A stretch of DNA of 64,000 nt from Octopus sinensis (GCF_006345805.1 NC_042998.1:145514001-145578000); one strand, 5' to 3'; counted from the stretch's first letter, positions 27,455 to 41,702 are shown. Made by a program: numbers and translations. Notes: generated by a model not told the origin, from the letters alone.

Positions 27455-27760
27455 CTAGTAGTAGTAGTAGTGGTGGTGGTGGTGGTGGTGGTGGTGGTGG
27501 TGATAGAGGTAGTGATAGCTGTGGTGGTTGTGGTGATGGTCGTGATAGGGATCATCCTCGTCATTGTGATGCATGTGTTAGGGATGATAATAACGGTAAA
27601 GATGACAGTAAATGTGTTAATGTTTGATATTCGCAGTGCCTTGGTGGTGATTATGATGGGGGTGGTGGTTGTGGCGGTGTGTTTACAGTGGCAGTGTGAT
27701 AAATGGTAGTGGTAGTGTTAATAGTGGTGGTAGTGGTATTGGTGGTGGTGGTAGGGTGTT
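26663..27760. repeat. Large compound trinucleotide low-complexity region (CAC, CAA, GCC, AGC, TAG, GAT, GGT)
   Basis: Directly visible; stop-poor in several frames. Confidence 0.9.
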
Positions 27761-28434
27761 TGTAGTGGCAATGCAAACACTGTTGCAGTGTTTGTTGAAA
27801 TATTGTAAGTCAACAGCAGTGGTGTTAGTTACATCAGTGACGTATTGGAAGTGACAATGTGAACACATCAGAAATGAAAAAAAAAAATAATAAAAACAAA
27901 ACACACACACACAAACTGACATTTATAATTAAAACCTGTCTGAGTATTAATTGGAATTACTAAACTCACTAATTAATATTTCATTATCGCTAATGATTTC
28001 TTACACTGGCCATGAAAATTATATAATTACAAAAATTTTAGGAGGCAATTATTGAACTGCAATAACTGCTTATAACTAGATTTTATCAACACCCTACTGA
28101 TGAAAACAGGAAGGGGCTAAGTTGGTATTTGATCACGAAGAAATAAATTCAAATTCTTTACTGTATTTTGTGGTCAATAGAAGTACGGCGGTAAATTCTT
28201 GGCAGTATCGTTAGAGCACCGAATAGAATATTATGACTGTTCTCTCTAGAATCGAATATGAAGTCAATTTTGTCTTCTATTCTTTCATCATCCTCATCGT
28301 CATCGTGGTTGTCGTCATCGTCATCATTATCATCACCATCATCATCATCATCATCATCATCACCAGAACAACCACCACCACCACCACCACCACCATCATT
28401 ATCATCATCAACCGCGGGATATTATTGTTTCGAG

Positions 28435-28670
28435 CCCTAGGATTACTAGGGCCGGTTACCGGGTCTCCATGGCATACAAGTAACCGAAACTCCAACAATC
28501 GCCCTGAACAAGATGCCAGTCCATCGTGGGGGTGACTCTTTTACAGCTGAGTGGCCTAGGGCAATATGAAATGAAGTATTTCGTTGAAGAACACAACACA
28601 CTGATCATCTGGGAATCGAAACCGTGATCTTGAGATTGTGAGTGCAACACCCTAACCGCTAAACAACGTA
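28435..28670 (-). mobile_element. SINE with family C head, same tail type as 12700-12955
   Basis: cagctgagtggcctagggcaatatgaaatgaagtatttcgttgaagaacacaac...gggaatcgaaacc. Confidence 0.65.
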
Positions 28671-28961
28671 TCTTTACTTTATAATTTTTCGTGATCAGTA
28701 CTAGAAAGGACTAATTCACGGCGGTGAATACAGACTGGATACCTAGCAGTATTTATTCTGGGCTCTTTACATTCCGAGTTCAATTCTTCCGAGATACTTA
28801 AAATGCACCCCAGGTCTAGCGTGGTGCCGGTGTTTGAAGCAAAAACCAGTAGCATAAAAATGGTCGATGTGAAAGAGACCTTCTTCCAGCTGGTACGACA
28901 TGTACCTCGGCGAATGAAACAATGTCGTCCATTGTGCTATACTTCTCCTACCACACTTAAC

Positions 28962-29265
28962 TGGTACTCCATCGGTTACGACGACTAGGGCCCCAGTTGA
29001 TCCGATCAACTGAACAGCCTGCTCGTGAAATTAACGTACAAGTGGTTGAGTACTCCACAGACACACATACCCTTAACGTAGTTCTCAGGGAGATTCAGTG
29101 TGATATAGAATGCGACAAGAGTGGCCCTCTGAATCACAGGCACAAATCATTTTTGTCAGCTGAGTGGACTGAAGCAGCGTGAAATAAGATGTCTTGCTAG
29201 AGGACGCAACTCGCGACCTTTTCGATCGTGAGCTGAATACCCTGACTACTAAGCTGCGCGCATTC
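28962..29265 (-). mobile_element. SINE family C
   Basis: Homologous to 19260-19530. Confidence 0.85.
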
Positions 29266-29419
29266 ACTAAACTACTACACTAAACCCACTTTGTTATTAA
29301 TTATGAAGTGTTATTGACATCAGGCTTACAGAAGTAATTATGATGTCTGGAAAAAACTTCAGCTTTAAAGGAGAGTGAGAATGGAAATTTGTGAGGTTCA
29401 CGATTTATTCTTCTGTCTG

Positions 29420-29815
29420 GACAGGCAGACTTTTGCCTGTGACATTTTGTCACGCCCGTTATATTCTGAGTTCAAATCCTGCCGAGATAAACTTTATCTT
29501 TCATTTCCTAATCTCGATCGAATTCTGGGGTAAATTTATAGTCTTATACATAAAGCTTAACTGTAAATGGCATTACGACAAAAGATGAAAATGACCGTGT
29601 TATATTATTGGTATTTATGAACTTTAAGGTGTCGAACAAAATGCTTCACAGCATTTCTTCTGGTCCTTAACGTACTAATTTCAAAGCCCGCCGAGATCAA
29701 CTTTACCAATCATACTTTTATGGTCGATAGAATAAAAAAACAGTCAAGTACTGGGATTGATGTAATCAACTAACCCTCTTTAAAATTGCTGGCCTTGCAC
29801 CAAAATTTGAAGCAA
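29420..29815 (+). mobile_element. Two diverged family B SINE copies
   Basis: ctgagttcaaatcctgccgag...; gccgagatcaacttt...gtcaagtactgggattgatgtaatc...aaatttgaa. Confidence 0.65.
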
Positions 29816-32041
29816 TTATTCTATGAAACCAAGGGCGTGACAGATAAGGTAATATCGATGGGTTTTCTGAAGTCAGAGCGTAGAGAAATAGAACTAAATA
29901 TTGATTTCACACACTGAGCCGTGACCCCATATTGTAGATAACAGTTACAGTCGGTTGGCTCAGCTCCAATTATTCTATTGACCCCCCTACAATGTTTATC
30001 TTATCTCAGTAGAATTAAAAGGAGACGACAAAAGAAGATAATGGAACACTGCTACTTCTGTCGATTCCCTATTTTCATGTGATCCGATATCATTTATCTC
30101 CTTCCAAGGATCTTTGGTAAGAGAAAGAATCTAGCTATTTGATATTCTCCTGTTGGTTCAGGCAATCATTGATGGCGGCGCTGATTCTGTTCTTCATTGC
30201 CAGCCATGTGTTGACAGTGACCTTTTATAAATAAACTAATTCCCATAAGAAGTTTATGGTGTTGACCTTTTCACAGCAGTAACTCTAATTGTCACGAACA
30301 TAACAGAGTAACATGGCGTTGGTCTTTTGGTCACACTGCTGCCCACATATAAAACATTCCCTAACATGGATTAATTCTTCTTTCTCTCCCTTTCTCCTAG
30401 CTCTTTTTCTCTCCCTTTCTCCTAGCTCTTTTTCTCTCCCTTTCTCCCTCTTCCCTATCTCTCCCTATCTCTCTTTCTCTCCCCCTCTTCCCTATCTCTC
30501 CTTATCTTTCTTTTCCTTTACCCCTCTTCCCTATCTCTCTGTATCTCTATTTTTCCTTCCTCTCTGTTTCCATTTACTAAATCTATAGACATGAGCGATC
30601 ATAAACCTCCATAGCAAAGTTTTAAAATTTATTATTTTTCTTAGGAAAGATACGACAATAGTTTCCCGCTGCCTTCTCCAGGTTTATTTACAGTTTACTT
30701 TGCTTATCTGCTCTCTCGAACTTACCCTTGAGACACAGAAACTATTTAACCTCTAGGTAAGGGGGATGGTTCGCTTGACATCAAGGCATGCCCACATACC
30801 AGTGGACACATTTCCAGAGGCCAGCCTTCCACCATCCTTGTATATCTTAACCACAAGTCCATTTTCTGTTATTTAACCCATAACTAAGGTCCTTAAAAGA
30901 TCCTATTATACCGGGTCAGAGCGGACATGCAAGTAGTGATGACTATGGAGTAATTCTATACTCCTACAACTCCTGAAATTCCGCACTGGAGCCTCTCCAC
31001 TAAATGCAGTTCTACCCCAACATTAAAATAATATATTTTCTACCTGAGTAGATGGGTTGACCTTAACTTCAGCTTTCAACTAAACTACTTTAATGATAAC
31101 AGTGAACTATTTAAAAAAAATATATATTTTTAATGTAATTACGCTTCAATTCATTGTGCATAAAAACTTAATAGGATCAAGTGATCAGGAATCAGATGCG
31201 TTAGACTCTAATCTGATCTATATTGCCCGTCTTCTGTTCCTTAAATTTGTGATAAAGTCCTTCAGGAAGGTGACATTGAATTGCCTTGTTGTAGGTCCTC
31301 AAATTATGATGTGACCAGGAGGCGCCACTGTGTGTCTTAAACATGGTGCATTTGTCTTGGTGGAGTGACTGTCTTACCAAGTCTAACCACAGCCGATTTC
31401 TTCCAGAAAGAGATTGACAGAGAGAAAAAGAAGAATCTACTCCAGTGCATGATTGGCATATTTTCACCTCCTCCCTCCCAGAAACGATAACAGGCAAAGT
31501 TGACTTCGGTGACATTTGAAATGAGAATGTAGAGAGCTGGAACAAATACCACTAGACAGTTTATCTGAATCTCTAACGATTCGACTAATCTACTACTTTA
31601 TATATTTATCAAGCCCTGAAAGTATTAAAAGTGTATTGTAATTCGCTTGAAGCATTGGAATGTGTAAATGATATAAACATTTTAAAAATGCTTTAAGCAA
31701 TCTACGTAAGAAATTTTGCAAATTATAGAAATATAGATGCTAGTAAATAGAAATGAAGATAGTGTCTATACATAGTTTATATAATCTATTATATTTCGGG
31801 AAAGATATTCCTTATCAAATATAAGATAGAAAATAATCTAAGAATTTGGAGTATCGGCAAACAATTCTGGTGTGTTGTGAAAAATAGTAGTAAACAACTA
31901 AACTCCCCAATTCTGTTTAGTTATTTGTTATGCAAGCATGTTTATACATGTATGTTTGTATATATGAATGCCCGTATGTATATATGTATGCGTGACCATC
32001 TATCTGTATACATACATATATTTATTGTGTATTATTTATTA

Positions 32042-33152
32042 GTTCGTCCGTCATTGTCGACGATGACCAAAGAGATCACGTGCGTCAGCTGTGGCCAGTT
32101 AGTCCGATGTGTGCTTGGAAGGCTCTGTCGTAGGTTGTTGAGACTGAAGGAAAGGCGTTGACTCTGGACTTGAGTAGTTTGTGTTTTCTTTGTGCCCTTA
32201 CAATCCTGTTGTGTTTGTAGGAGATGGCACCTTTGTTGGTGAGCTTTGCAGTGATGTGTTTGTGTTTCCCAGGCGTCGGAGTTGATCTCAAAACTTCAGC
32301 GAGGCTCTGAGCATGTTCTTGAAGCGATTTTCTGTCCACCTTGCGTGCGTTTTCCCTCTGCCAGCTGTCTCTTGGAGGGTCACGTATCAGGCATTCAAAC
32401 TAGGTGGCTCACCTGACTTGAGCTCTTCTCAACAGTGTGTAAAAGCTTGGCAGATCAGCTGGAGAGAGGACCTCCGTGTTTGTGACCTCATCTTGCCAGA
32501 CAGTTCATGAGGAAGCGGTTTTTGTGCTCGTAAAAGTCCAATCCTCGCAGGCGTGCAGTAGCGTAGGCAGTACAACTGCTTGGTACACCTTCAACTTGAT
32601 GGCCAGCCTAATACCTCTCTTCCCCCATACTGATTCACGTAACCACCTGAATGCTGAGCTTCCCTTGGCGATGCGTGTGTCGACTTTAATCGTCAACGTT
32701 CGCAGTTCTGGAGTGTGCAACTGAGGTATGTCAACTCAAGAACAACCTTCTCTTAGTACAGAAGCTCACTAATCTCTTTCAGCAACACGAAGTTGTTCTC
32801 CAGGAGCGCAAGGGTGCTTCTAATGTCCATCCCTACAAGAGAATGGGAAACAATCAGTCCTGCGACAACCACGGGAAAAATATTGCCGGAAAAATACTCG
32901 CAAGAGTCCTCCTTCACCGCCTCACACATCAATCACATGGCAAACGGACATATGCCAGAGTCCGTGTGACTTCAGAAAAGGCCGTGGGACAGTTGACATG
33001 CACGCCAACTTCAGAAGTGTCAGGAACAGCACATGGTCTCATATACGGAGTTTGCAAAGCTAACAACTGACGGTGTGAAAGTTCAAGGCCTTCCACACCG
33101 CCAGTCGTGAAGAACTTTGAAAGATCATGGAAATGTTCGGCTACCCGGACAT
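32042..33152 (-). mobile_element. RTE-clade (BovB-like) LINE remnant with inverted 5' segment
   Basis: Minus strand 32738->32042: LTYLSCTL...VDTRIAKGSSAFRWLRESVWGKRGIRLAIKLKVYQAVVLPTLLHACEDWT ... RAFQAHIGLTGHS and a 3' end. Plus strand 32760-33150: KLTNLFQ...YKRMGNNQSCDNH...IAGKILARVLLHRL...PES..FRKGRGTVDM...KIMEMFGYP (RT domains 0-3). Confidence 0.85.
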
Positions 33153-33344
33153 GCATACATGTATAACTGATGTATGTATTAGAGCATATTTAAGTTGTGT
33201 TGGTATATGGATTACGTTTAATTCAACAATGAAATAAATGCTACGATTTCGATCATAACTACGCCCATCATCATTTCTAGAGCAAATACTAACAAGTATT
33301 TGAAACACACAATATATGCTATCATGTCCACCTCATCATCGGTT

Positions 33345-33612
<268 letters not shown>

Positions 33613-33963
33613 AAATTAATTTTGTTTACTAATGTTGGCTTCATAATTAATTCCCATGTGTGATTCGTTACCGTTTCCAATACATACAACTAAAATTAAT
33701 TTACTATTCTTGTTATCAAATCTTTGGCACATCATTGTTTTGGTTTGGATTATTTAGAAATCATTATTTATTGGTTCCCATGCGCATTTGATATCGTTTA
33801 CTAGTTTACTCTGTTGATAAATTTGCGATGTTCAGTAGTTGTCTGTTGAGAGTACATACACACGCACACTCACACATACACGCATATGACACACACTTAC
33901 AAACACGTACACATACACACATTCACACACATATGCACACGTATACATAAAATGTACGCAGAC

Positions 33964-34002
<39 letters not shown>

Positions 34003-34124
34003 GGCAGATGCACCAAAATCATTTGTCATCTGTGAGTATAAACATGGTCACAAGCATGTAAATAAATAAACGATGACAAATACCAGATATAGATATACAT
34101 TTTTAATGGAGAATCTCTGCAGTT

Positions 34125-34610
34125 CAACGATGAGGATTCAGTTTGATCTATTCAGTTAGCTGTTCCTGAGTTTAACATGCAAGTGACCTAGCATTCCATA
34201 GTACGTAAACTCTTAAAGTAATTTCCAGGCAGAATCAGTGCGATACAGTGTGGGACAAGATTGCGGATTTTTTAATTGCGGATACAATCCACCCGACAAG
34301 CTTCCATACAGTTTCCCCTCTACACAATTTCACCCATAAAGTATGCGTCGGCCTATGGATATAGAAAATAACATTTGCCCAAGATGCCGCACAGTAGGAT
34401 CGAACCGGGGACGTCGTGGTTGCGAAGCAGAATTCTTAACACACACATACCGTAGCTTCTACACAGTTTCGGTCTACTATATTCACTCAACAGACAGTAG
34501 AAGGCCCGGAGCTATAGAAGACCAAGGTGCCGTGTAGTGGGAATGAACTCGAAACCACGCAGATGCAAAGTTCACTTCTGAACTACACAGCCATAACTGC
34601 GCCCATAGCA
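34125..34610 (-). mobile_element. Family C fragment followed by two partial family A heads
   Basis: Diverged matches to the family C tail and to family A ...cttccatacagttt...gcccaagatgccgcacagt, repeated twice. Confidence 0.6.
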
Positions 34611-35282
34611 TAATTGAAGAAGAAAAAAAGAGAGATAAATAGAACCGTAAATATAGGAATGAATAAAAGACATCTGTGAATAAATGAGGTGGCTTTGATC
34701 TTAGATTTACTCTTGACCAAAGGTCACTTGAGTTCAAACAACGACAGCAATAACAACGGCAACGAACATCACACATCGCATCTGAATATACGTACGTGAA
34801 GAAGCATAAATACCATAAAATTTTTACTTTTATACCATATTTAGCGGAACTCAATCTCACACACAGACACACACACACAGACACACACGCACACACACGC
34901 ACGCACACACACACACGCACACACACAAACACACGGGAACAGAGTATGCTTTTATATTTCCACCCTGCGTTCCCAATTACATACCTAAGTATATATACCC
35001 GCTTTCGTTATAAATACATTAATAAAAAAAATAACTCGCGTACTCACGCGCATAACTCAACTCGAAAGCAGCTACAATAAGAAAATAACAACAGCAATAA
35101 TAATAATAAACAAAGAAACACAAACTCTCGAAATGCAAAAATCTAGAAATAGAGATAACCTGAATATGGAACCTGGAAACAGAAATAATCCCTATTAATA
35201 ATAGGTGCATTTAGGTATGGTTAAAAATCACAGACAAAAGCATTACCAAAACACCAGGACTTATGGCTATATAATTTTTTAT

Positions 35283-35568
35283 TCTTTTACTTGTTTTAAT
35301 CATTTGACTTCAGCCATGCTGGAGCACCACCTTCAAAGGTTTTAGTCGAAGAAATCGCTCCTGGACTTATTCTTTGTAAGCCTAGTACTTATTATTTCGA
35401 ACTTTGTTGCCGAACCGCTAAGTTACGGGGCATAAACACACCAGCATCGGTTGTCAAGCGATGGCGGGGAGGATAAATATAGAAACAGACACAGACACAC
35501 ACACATACACATACAGACACACACAAATACATAGATACATACACACCACACACACACACACGGGTGTG

Positions 35569-35600
<32 letters not shown>

Positions 35601-35642
35601 AGCACACACACACACACACAAGCACACACACACACACACATG

Positions 35643-35673
<31 letters not shown>

Positions 35674-35830
35674 TCGACGGGCTTTTTTTAGATTCCGTCT
35701 GTCCACTAAATCTACTCACAAGGCTTTGGTCAGTCCAAGGCTATAGGAGAAGACACTTGCCCAAGGTCCCAGGCAGTGAGACTGAACTTGAAACCATGTG
35801 GGTGGGAAGCAAGCTTTTTTACCACACAAC
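35283..35830 (-). mobile_element. SINE family A, full length with internal CA/TA microsatellite
   Basis: Reverse complement of the 5925-6394 head and tail. Confidence 0.9.
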
Positions 35831-36009
35831 CGCGCGCGCACGCACACACACACACCACACATACAGGAAATAGCACTGCTAGACACTACACTCATTCTTA
35901 CGCAAAGCAGAGTAAAAATAATAATACCAAAACAAACCACAGCACATATACAAAGCACACAGAACTACGATCAATAATGCAGTGATAGAATTAATGCCAC
36001 TGAATAACA

Positions 36010-36176
36010 ATAATGGTTTTCAATGTTGGCAAAATGCCAGCAGGTTTGGGGTGAGGGGCTGAGTCGATTAAATCAATCCCAGTGTTCAATTGGTACTTAT
36101 TTTATCGATCCCGTAAAGATGGACGAAATGCCGCTAAGCAATTTGCCCAGTGTGCTAACGATTCTGCCATCTCGCC

Positions 36177-36230
<54 letters not shown>

Positions 36231-36450
36231 AAATGATAATAATAATCCTTTATACTATAAGCAAAACGCCTGGAATTTAAGTGGGGGGGATGGTTCAGTC
36301 GATAACATCGATCCCAGTACTCAACTGGTACTTGTTTTATTGACCCCAAAATGATGAAAGGCAAAGTCGACTTCGGCGGAATTTGAACTCAGAACGTAGC
36401 GGTATACGAAATACCGCTAATCATCTAGCCTGGCGTGCTAACGATTCTGG

Positions 36451-36546
<96 letters not shown>
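36010..36546 (-). mobile_element. Two family B SINEs separated and flanked by (AAT)n
   Basis: ...gaaatgccgctaagca...ctcgcc(taa)n; aaaggcaaagtcgacttcggcggaatttgaactcagaacg...(aat)n. Confidence 0.85.
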
Positions 36547-36548
<2 letters not shown>

Positions 36549-38624
36549 CACCTATAACAAGAAAATCAAGTGATAATTCCCTGTTCTCCACGTAAATTGT
36601 TGAATCTGTTTAGTTGCAGCACTTTTGACAATTCAGTTGAAGATAACTGAAAGTGAGGCATGCTGAAAGCTTCCGGTCTTTCCGCTCTTCCGGTCTGTTG
36701 ATTCTTAACAGATAAATTCGATTGGATTGGGCCTGTTCGTTGTGATGTTAGCTATTGCATTAGTTTGGTCGTACACGCACACATGCGTGTAGTCATTATA
36801 GCGAACATGGGAGATGTACTGGTGAACAAACAGAACAACAACTACACAACAGGTGAGAAACGGTGTTGTATTGATTAACAACAACAGCAATAACAGCGAC
36901 TGTGTTTGTATGTCTGTGAGTGTATGAACATATGTATATAAACAGACAGATAGACAGACAAACAGACACACAGATATGCAGCAACTGCTTAGATGATTAA
37001 AATGTTAAAAAAATGTTACATTGAAATATTTTTAAACTAGGTGCAAGTTGAGAAAGTAACGGCAACAACCACTGCAGTTGTAATAACTTCAGTAGCAATT
37101 ACCATCATCATCATCATCATCATCATCGTTGTTATTGTTGTTGCTGTTGTTGTTTGTTATTTTACTTAGCTAAATCTTTATAGTTAAAATGTACCCGGAA
37201 ACCTAAACTGGTTGCAATCTGGTCTCTAGAAGGGATAATACTATGTGTCTTCAAATAATTATTGATTTCATTTGATTAAATACATTTCTAATCATTGTTG
37301 GTCAGGTGTCACAGTCGAATAAACTGACTCCATATTACTGATACAACTTATTTTCTCGGACCGGATGAATTTGAACTTAAAAAAGAAATCAGACTCCAAA
37401 GTTAATATCGATTGGTGCTTCTACCCTCTGTCTACCATGAAAAGACAGAAGAATGTTGAGAGTATTTTACATGTAGTTTGCATCATATATTTATAAAGGT
37501 AAATGCTGTGGGATTTAGTAATATTGTTGCCTTTCCTCAAGGGAATTAATAGTGTCAGTGATATTGAAATACTCGGCTGAATACTTGGTTTCGTTTAGAC
37601 TTAATTTCTGTTCCATAGATTTTTCAAATTAGTTTCTTTTGAGTTAACGCAAGGCAGTGATGCTGTGATGTTTATGTATTCCCCAACAGTATTCTTGGTA
37701 TAAGAAAATCGGTTTGAACCATGTATTCGGTTTCTTTTTCTTTTCTTTTTTTTCTTTTTGCTCTTAATTCCTGCTTTGAACGCCTCTTTATGGAAGCATT
37801 GGAAATCATAGCCAAGCATTTTCATTTTCTTATTACTAGTAGCTATTAGCACACACACACACACACACACATGCACACACGTTACGTTCGCACACACAGA
37901 AACACACTCATACACACACTCGTTGCACACAAACATATATACATATACATGCACACATAATTTTATAGGCATATACACAAATTAATTGATTACTATTTTC
38001 TTTAGACGATTCACAATCTGTTATCATAGTTTCAAAGTATTACGGCCTAAAGCTGTTCTAAACACAGAAAATAAGCGCATGATTTAACACAGTTAACCTT
38101 TGGTAGTTGTAGAAATTGCCTGGCTTCCGAATTAAAAAAAAGAAAGCAACAATAATATAATAATCCAAAAATACAGAGATAAAAATAAATATAAAAATAT
38201 ACACATCATTTTTAATAATTATGGTTTTGGATTAATTTTTTTGCTAAATTCTTCGATTCTCCTTCATTCGTCTCGTTACCAAGTAATAATATCTACATAT
38301 GAGATTCTGTCTGATGCCATTATTGGTACTAGGAATATGAAGATTAAGGGCCCACTGAATGGTTTAACCCTTAGCATGTTGTGCCTGAAGGTCGGGGATT
38401 TCATCTAGGGTGAGGGGCACTTGTTGATAGGGAGAGTAATCCATGGAAGCCTGAGTTTTACACCAACAAACTGCACCAATAACAAAAGCAACCACATGAA
38501 AACACACAAGAAACCACAAGAAAACACATAGCAACAATAGTAAAACATCCGAAGCAAGAGCAAGAATAACAGCAACAACATACAGAGGACTCCGTCGATC
38601 AATGTTGACCATCTGCACATGTAT

Positions 38625-39108
38625 TCTTTTATTCTTTTATTCTTTTACTTGTTTCAGTCATTTGACTGCGGTCATGCTGGAGTACCACTTTTAGTCGAAC
38701 AAATCGATCCCAAGACTTATTGCTTGTAAGTCTAGTACTTATTCTATGTGTTTCTTTTGCCATACCGCTAAGTTACAGGGACGTAAACATACCAATATCT
38801 ATTTCTTTACTACCCACAAGGGGCTAAACACAGAGGGGAAAACAAGGACAGACAAACTGATTAAGTCAATTACATCGAACCCAATGCGCAACTGGTACTT
38901 AATTTATCGACCCCGAAAGGATGAAAGGCAAAGTCGACCTCGGCGGAATTTGAACTCAGAACGTAGCGACAGACGAAATACTGCTAAGCATTTCGCCCGG
39001 CATGCTAACGTTTCCGCCAGCTCGCCGCCTTAACATATCAATATCGGTTGTCAAGCGATGGTGGGGGGACAAATACAGACATATAAACATACAGCCACTC
39101 CTGCGCCT
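38625..39108 (-). mobile_element. SINE family A interrupted by a family B SINE
   Basis: Family A tail at 38625-38799 resumes at 39032; see the nested copy. Confidence 0.85.
38800..39031 (-). mobile_element. SINE family B, young full-length copy with 14-bp TSD
   Basis: Close match to 62049-62278. Flanks aacataccaatatc (38786-38799) and aacatatcaatatc (39032-39045). Confidence 0.9.
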
Positions 39109-40127
39109 ATGCGTAAGTTTGGGCAAACACTTTTAATCAAGTCAAGTAAATGCCCACATATCTAAATCTCTCTTTCCTCACACCACCGATATGTATCTAA
39201 GGGAAACGCCGATGACTTGGGCCAACACTAGAAGAGCGCTACAAGACAATTATGTGCAAGAGCCACAAGAAGAAACAATATGCTGATACACATGTGGCAG
39301 ACTAAAAAGCACGCCAAGAGATGAATGTATAAGCTGTTGACAGTCGACCTCTTGGAGTAAACGGTTAGGAAAAAGTTAAAGTATCAGTGCGTGGCGGTTA
39401 AGTGGGAGTGAGTAGACAGGACCACATACACTTAGATAGAGAAATGTCTGAAAGGATAATATTCTCAATTTCTTCCACAAGAACCATCCAGGTGTTGATT
39501 CTGTTATGCTTACTTCTTCATTGAAGGGTGCTACCATATATTTATGCTTGCTGGTTAGATTTACCAGCCAATCCCACGTTTCCTTTACAAGTTTTAGCAG
39601 TTTGCTTTTTTTTTATGCGTTGATGAATTCTTTAGCAGCTATAGTGGGTAGCGTTGTTATATTTTCTCGTTTCTTTTCTGATCCATTGTGTTTTTTCGAT
39701 GCGCTCAATCTTTGTGTTCCATCACTCCTCAGTATTCTTGAATTTCCATTCAAGTTGGTGTGTTTACCAAAATTATGTTTCTTTTCATGTTCCTGTAGAA
39801 TATTTTCTTTTGATTCAGATACCTTATTCTTTTGAAAGAAACGTTCATGTCTTTCGAAGCCTCTAATCATACATATTTATCGTAATATGAGATATATTTA
39901 AGCTTTCATTTGCTTTCAGAGAGAATTTATTTTATTGATTTACATGTTTTGTTATTTGAATAATTCCTTAAGTTAGATCCCTCTTTTTAAATTTCACCAA
40001 GGAGATATAGGGCTTCCTGTTTTCTCTCTTATTATTTCAGTTCTCACACCCCCACACGCACACACAAACACCCCCACACACACATACACACATACACACA
40101 CATATATATATGTATGTATGTATATAT

Positions 40128-40186
<59 letters not shown>

Positions 40187-41702
40187 GTACATACATATAT
40201 ATGTACACACACACACACACACCACACATATATATATATACAATATGTAGCGGAAGTATACTTACGTGCATCAAAAAGGTATCGTTCATATTCTTATTTC
40301 TTTTATCATGCCTTTTACTCTATTTTAGTAAAGAGTTCAACCGAAACGTCACTCAACTTCATTTCCTTTCCTTTTATCGATGTACACAACTTTGTGCACA
40401 ACGTTTATTGGTATTTTTATGTCTGTGTATGCATGCTTTTACATCTTTATCACTCACCGAATTTTAATCTACCTGTTGTCCATCTCTCTGTTTCTTATTC
40501 CCCTCATTCCATTTGTGATATGTCATACACACACACACACACACACACACGTATATATATATATAATTTGAGGATATGTTAACCTCGTGAAGGGATGGTT
40601 GCATCCAAGGAAATAATGGTTCAATACCTAGTATTGTTGGGGAACAAAATTCCCTTAAAACAATAGTTATATACTGAGCATATAGTTTATATCCAGTTAA
40701 CAGAAGAAATGAAAATGGAGATAAGGAAATTAACAATTATTTATAATTAATATATTGGTCATCTTCGCTTCTTACAGCCGTTTTAATTAATACTCAATAA
40801 TTTGATTACAAATTTGTGCATTAAATTTGCGTTCTTCTTTTAACTATATATTCGCCATGCTTGACCGGTAAATCTACAAAAATTTTTTTTGTCATTCTCC
40901 CTGTTTATTCTCTCTTATTCCTTTCTGTTGAAGAGCGTAGGATCGAAACGTAAAAGACTTTTTCATTTTCCCGAGCGTCAAACTAATACACCTACTTGTT
41001 TTTCATACTATTACTTTAAAGTTCATTTCGTTTATTTTCATTTTGTTTTGTAATCAAAAGTTCCTTTCGTTATCTTTCTATTTGGTGGGCACTTGAGAGT
41101 GCTGGAAAAATACATTTTATCTCTTTACGTTCTAAGTTGAAATTCAGTCGAAGTTAAACTTCGCATTTCATTCTTGCAAGGAAACCGATCAAATAAAGTA
41201 TCAATCAAGTGCTAGTGTCGATGGTGTCAACTGAGTCTCTCCCCTTAAAATCATCTACTTTGGGTTTAAACCAGAAGGCATTATGGACATTTTCCTCTTT
41301 GACTTAGCCCTCATCGATGTTTTAAAGTACCTTTTAAAAAGGAAGGTGAGGGGAAATAGGGAACTGTTAGACTCCCCACCCTCCAGTGAATTTGTTGATA
41401 AGTGGGTGAATGTAGCGTGGATATTCGAATGAGCGGCATACTCTGATCATGCACCTTTAAAATGCGAAGAATGGATGGGAGTGGAATACATTTATGTAGT
41501 ACTCTTGGTGTTTGGGGTGATTCAGAATAAGTGTGATTCCTTGCTTAACACCATTATCGGGTAATTATGTTATCGCTTTATTTTGTCAATTGTTACTATT
41601 ATTACTTATACGTGAATATGTAAGTCTCTGTCTTTGTATTGCCCAAATGCTTTTTCGGCTCCTGTGGCCAATTATTATTATTATTTATTATTATTATTAT
41701 TA

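Noticed and set aside
26507-27854. Long ORFs (up to 241 aa) rich in S/V/T/H/D/G
   Set aside because: They are translations of compound trinucleotide repeats, open in several frames on both strands, with no domain signature.
27915-28060. TAAT-rich stretch suggestive of a homeodomain-bound enhancer
   Set aside because: Expected by chance in AT-rich DNA; cannot be supported without conservation or chromatin data.
38364-38618. Hydrophobic ORF ending MDYSPYQQVPLTLDEIPDLQ
   Set aside because: The hydrophobic part derives from a GTT-rich low-complexity tract; no recognisable homology or exon structure.
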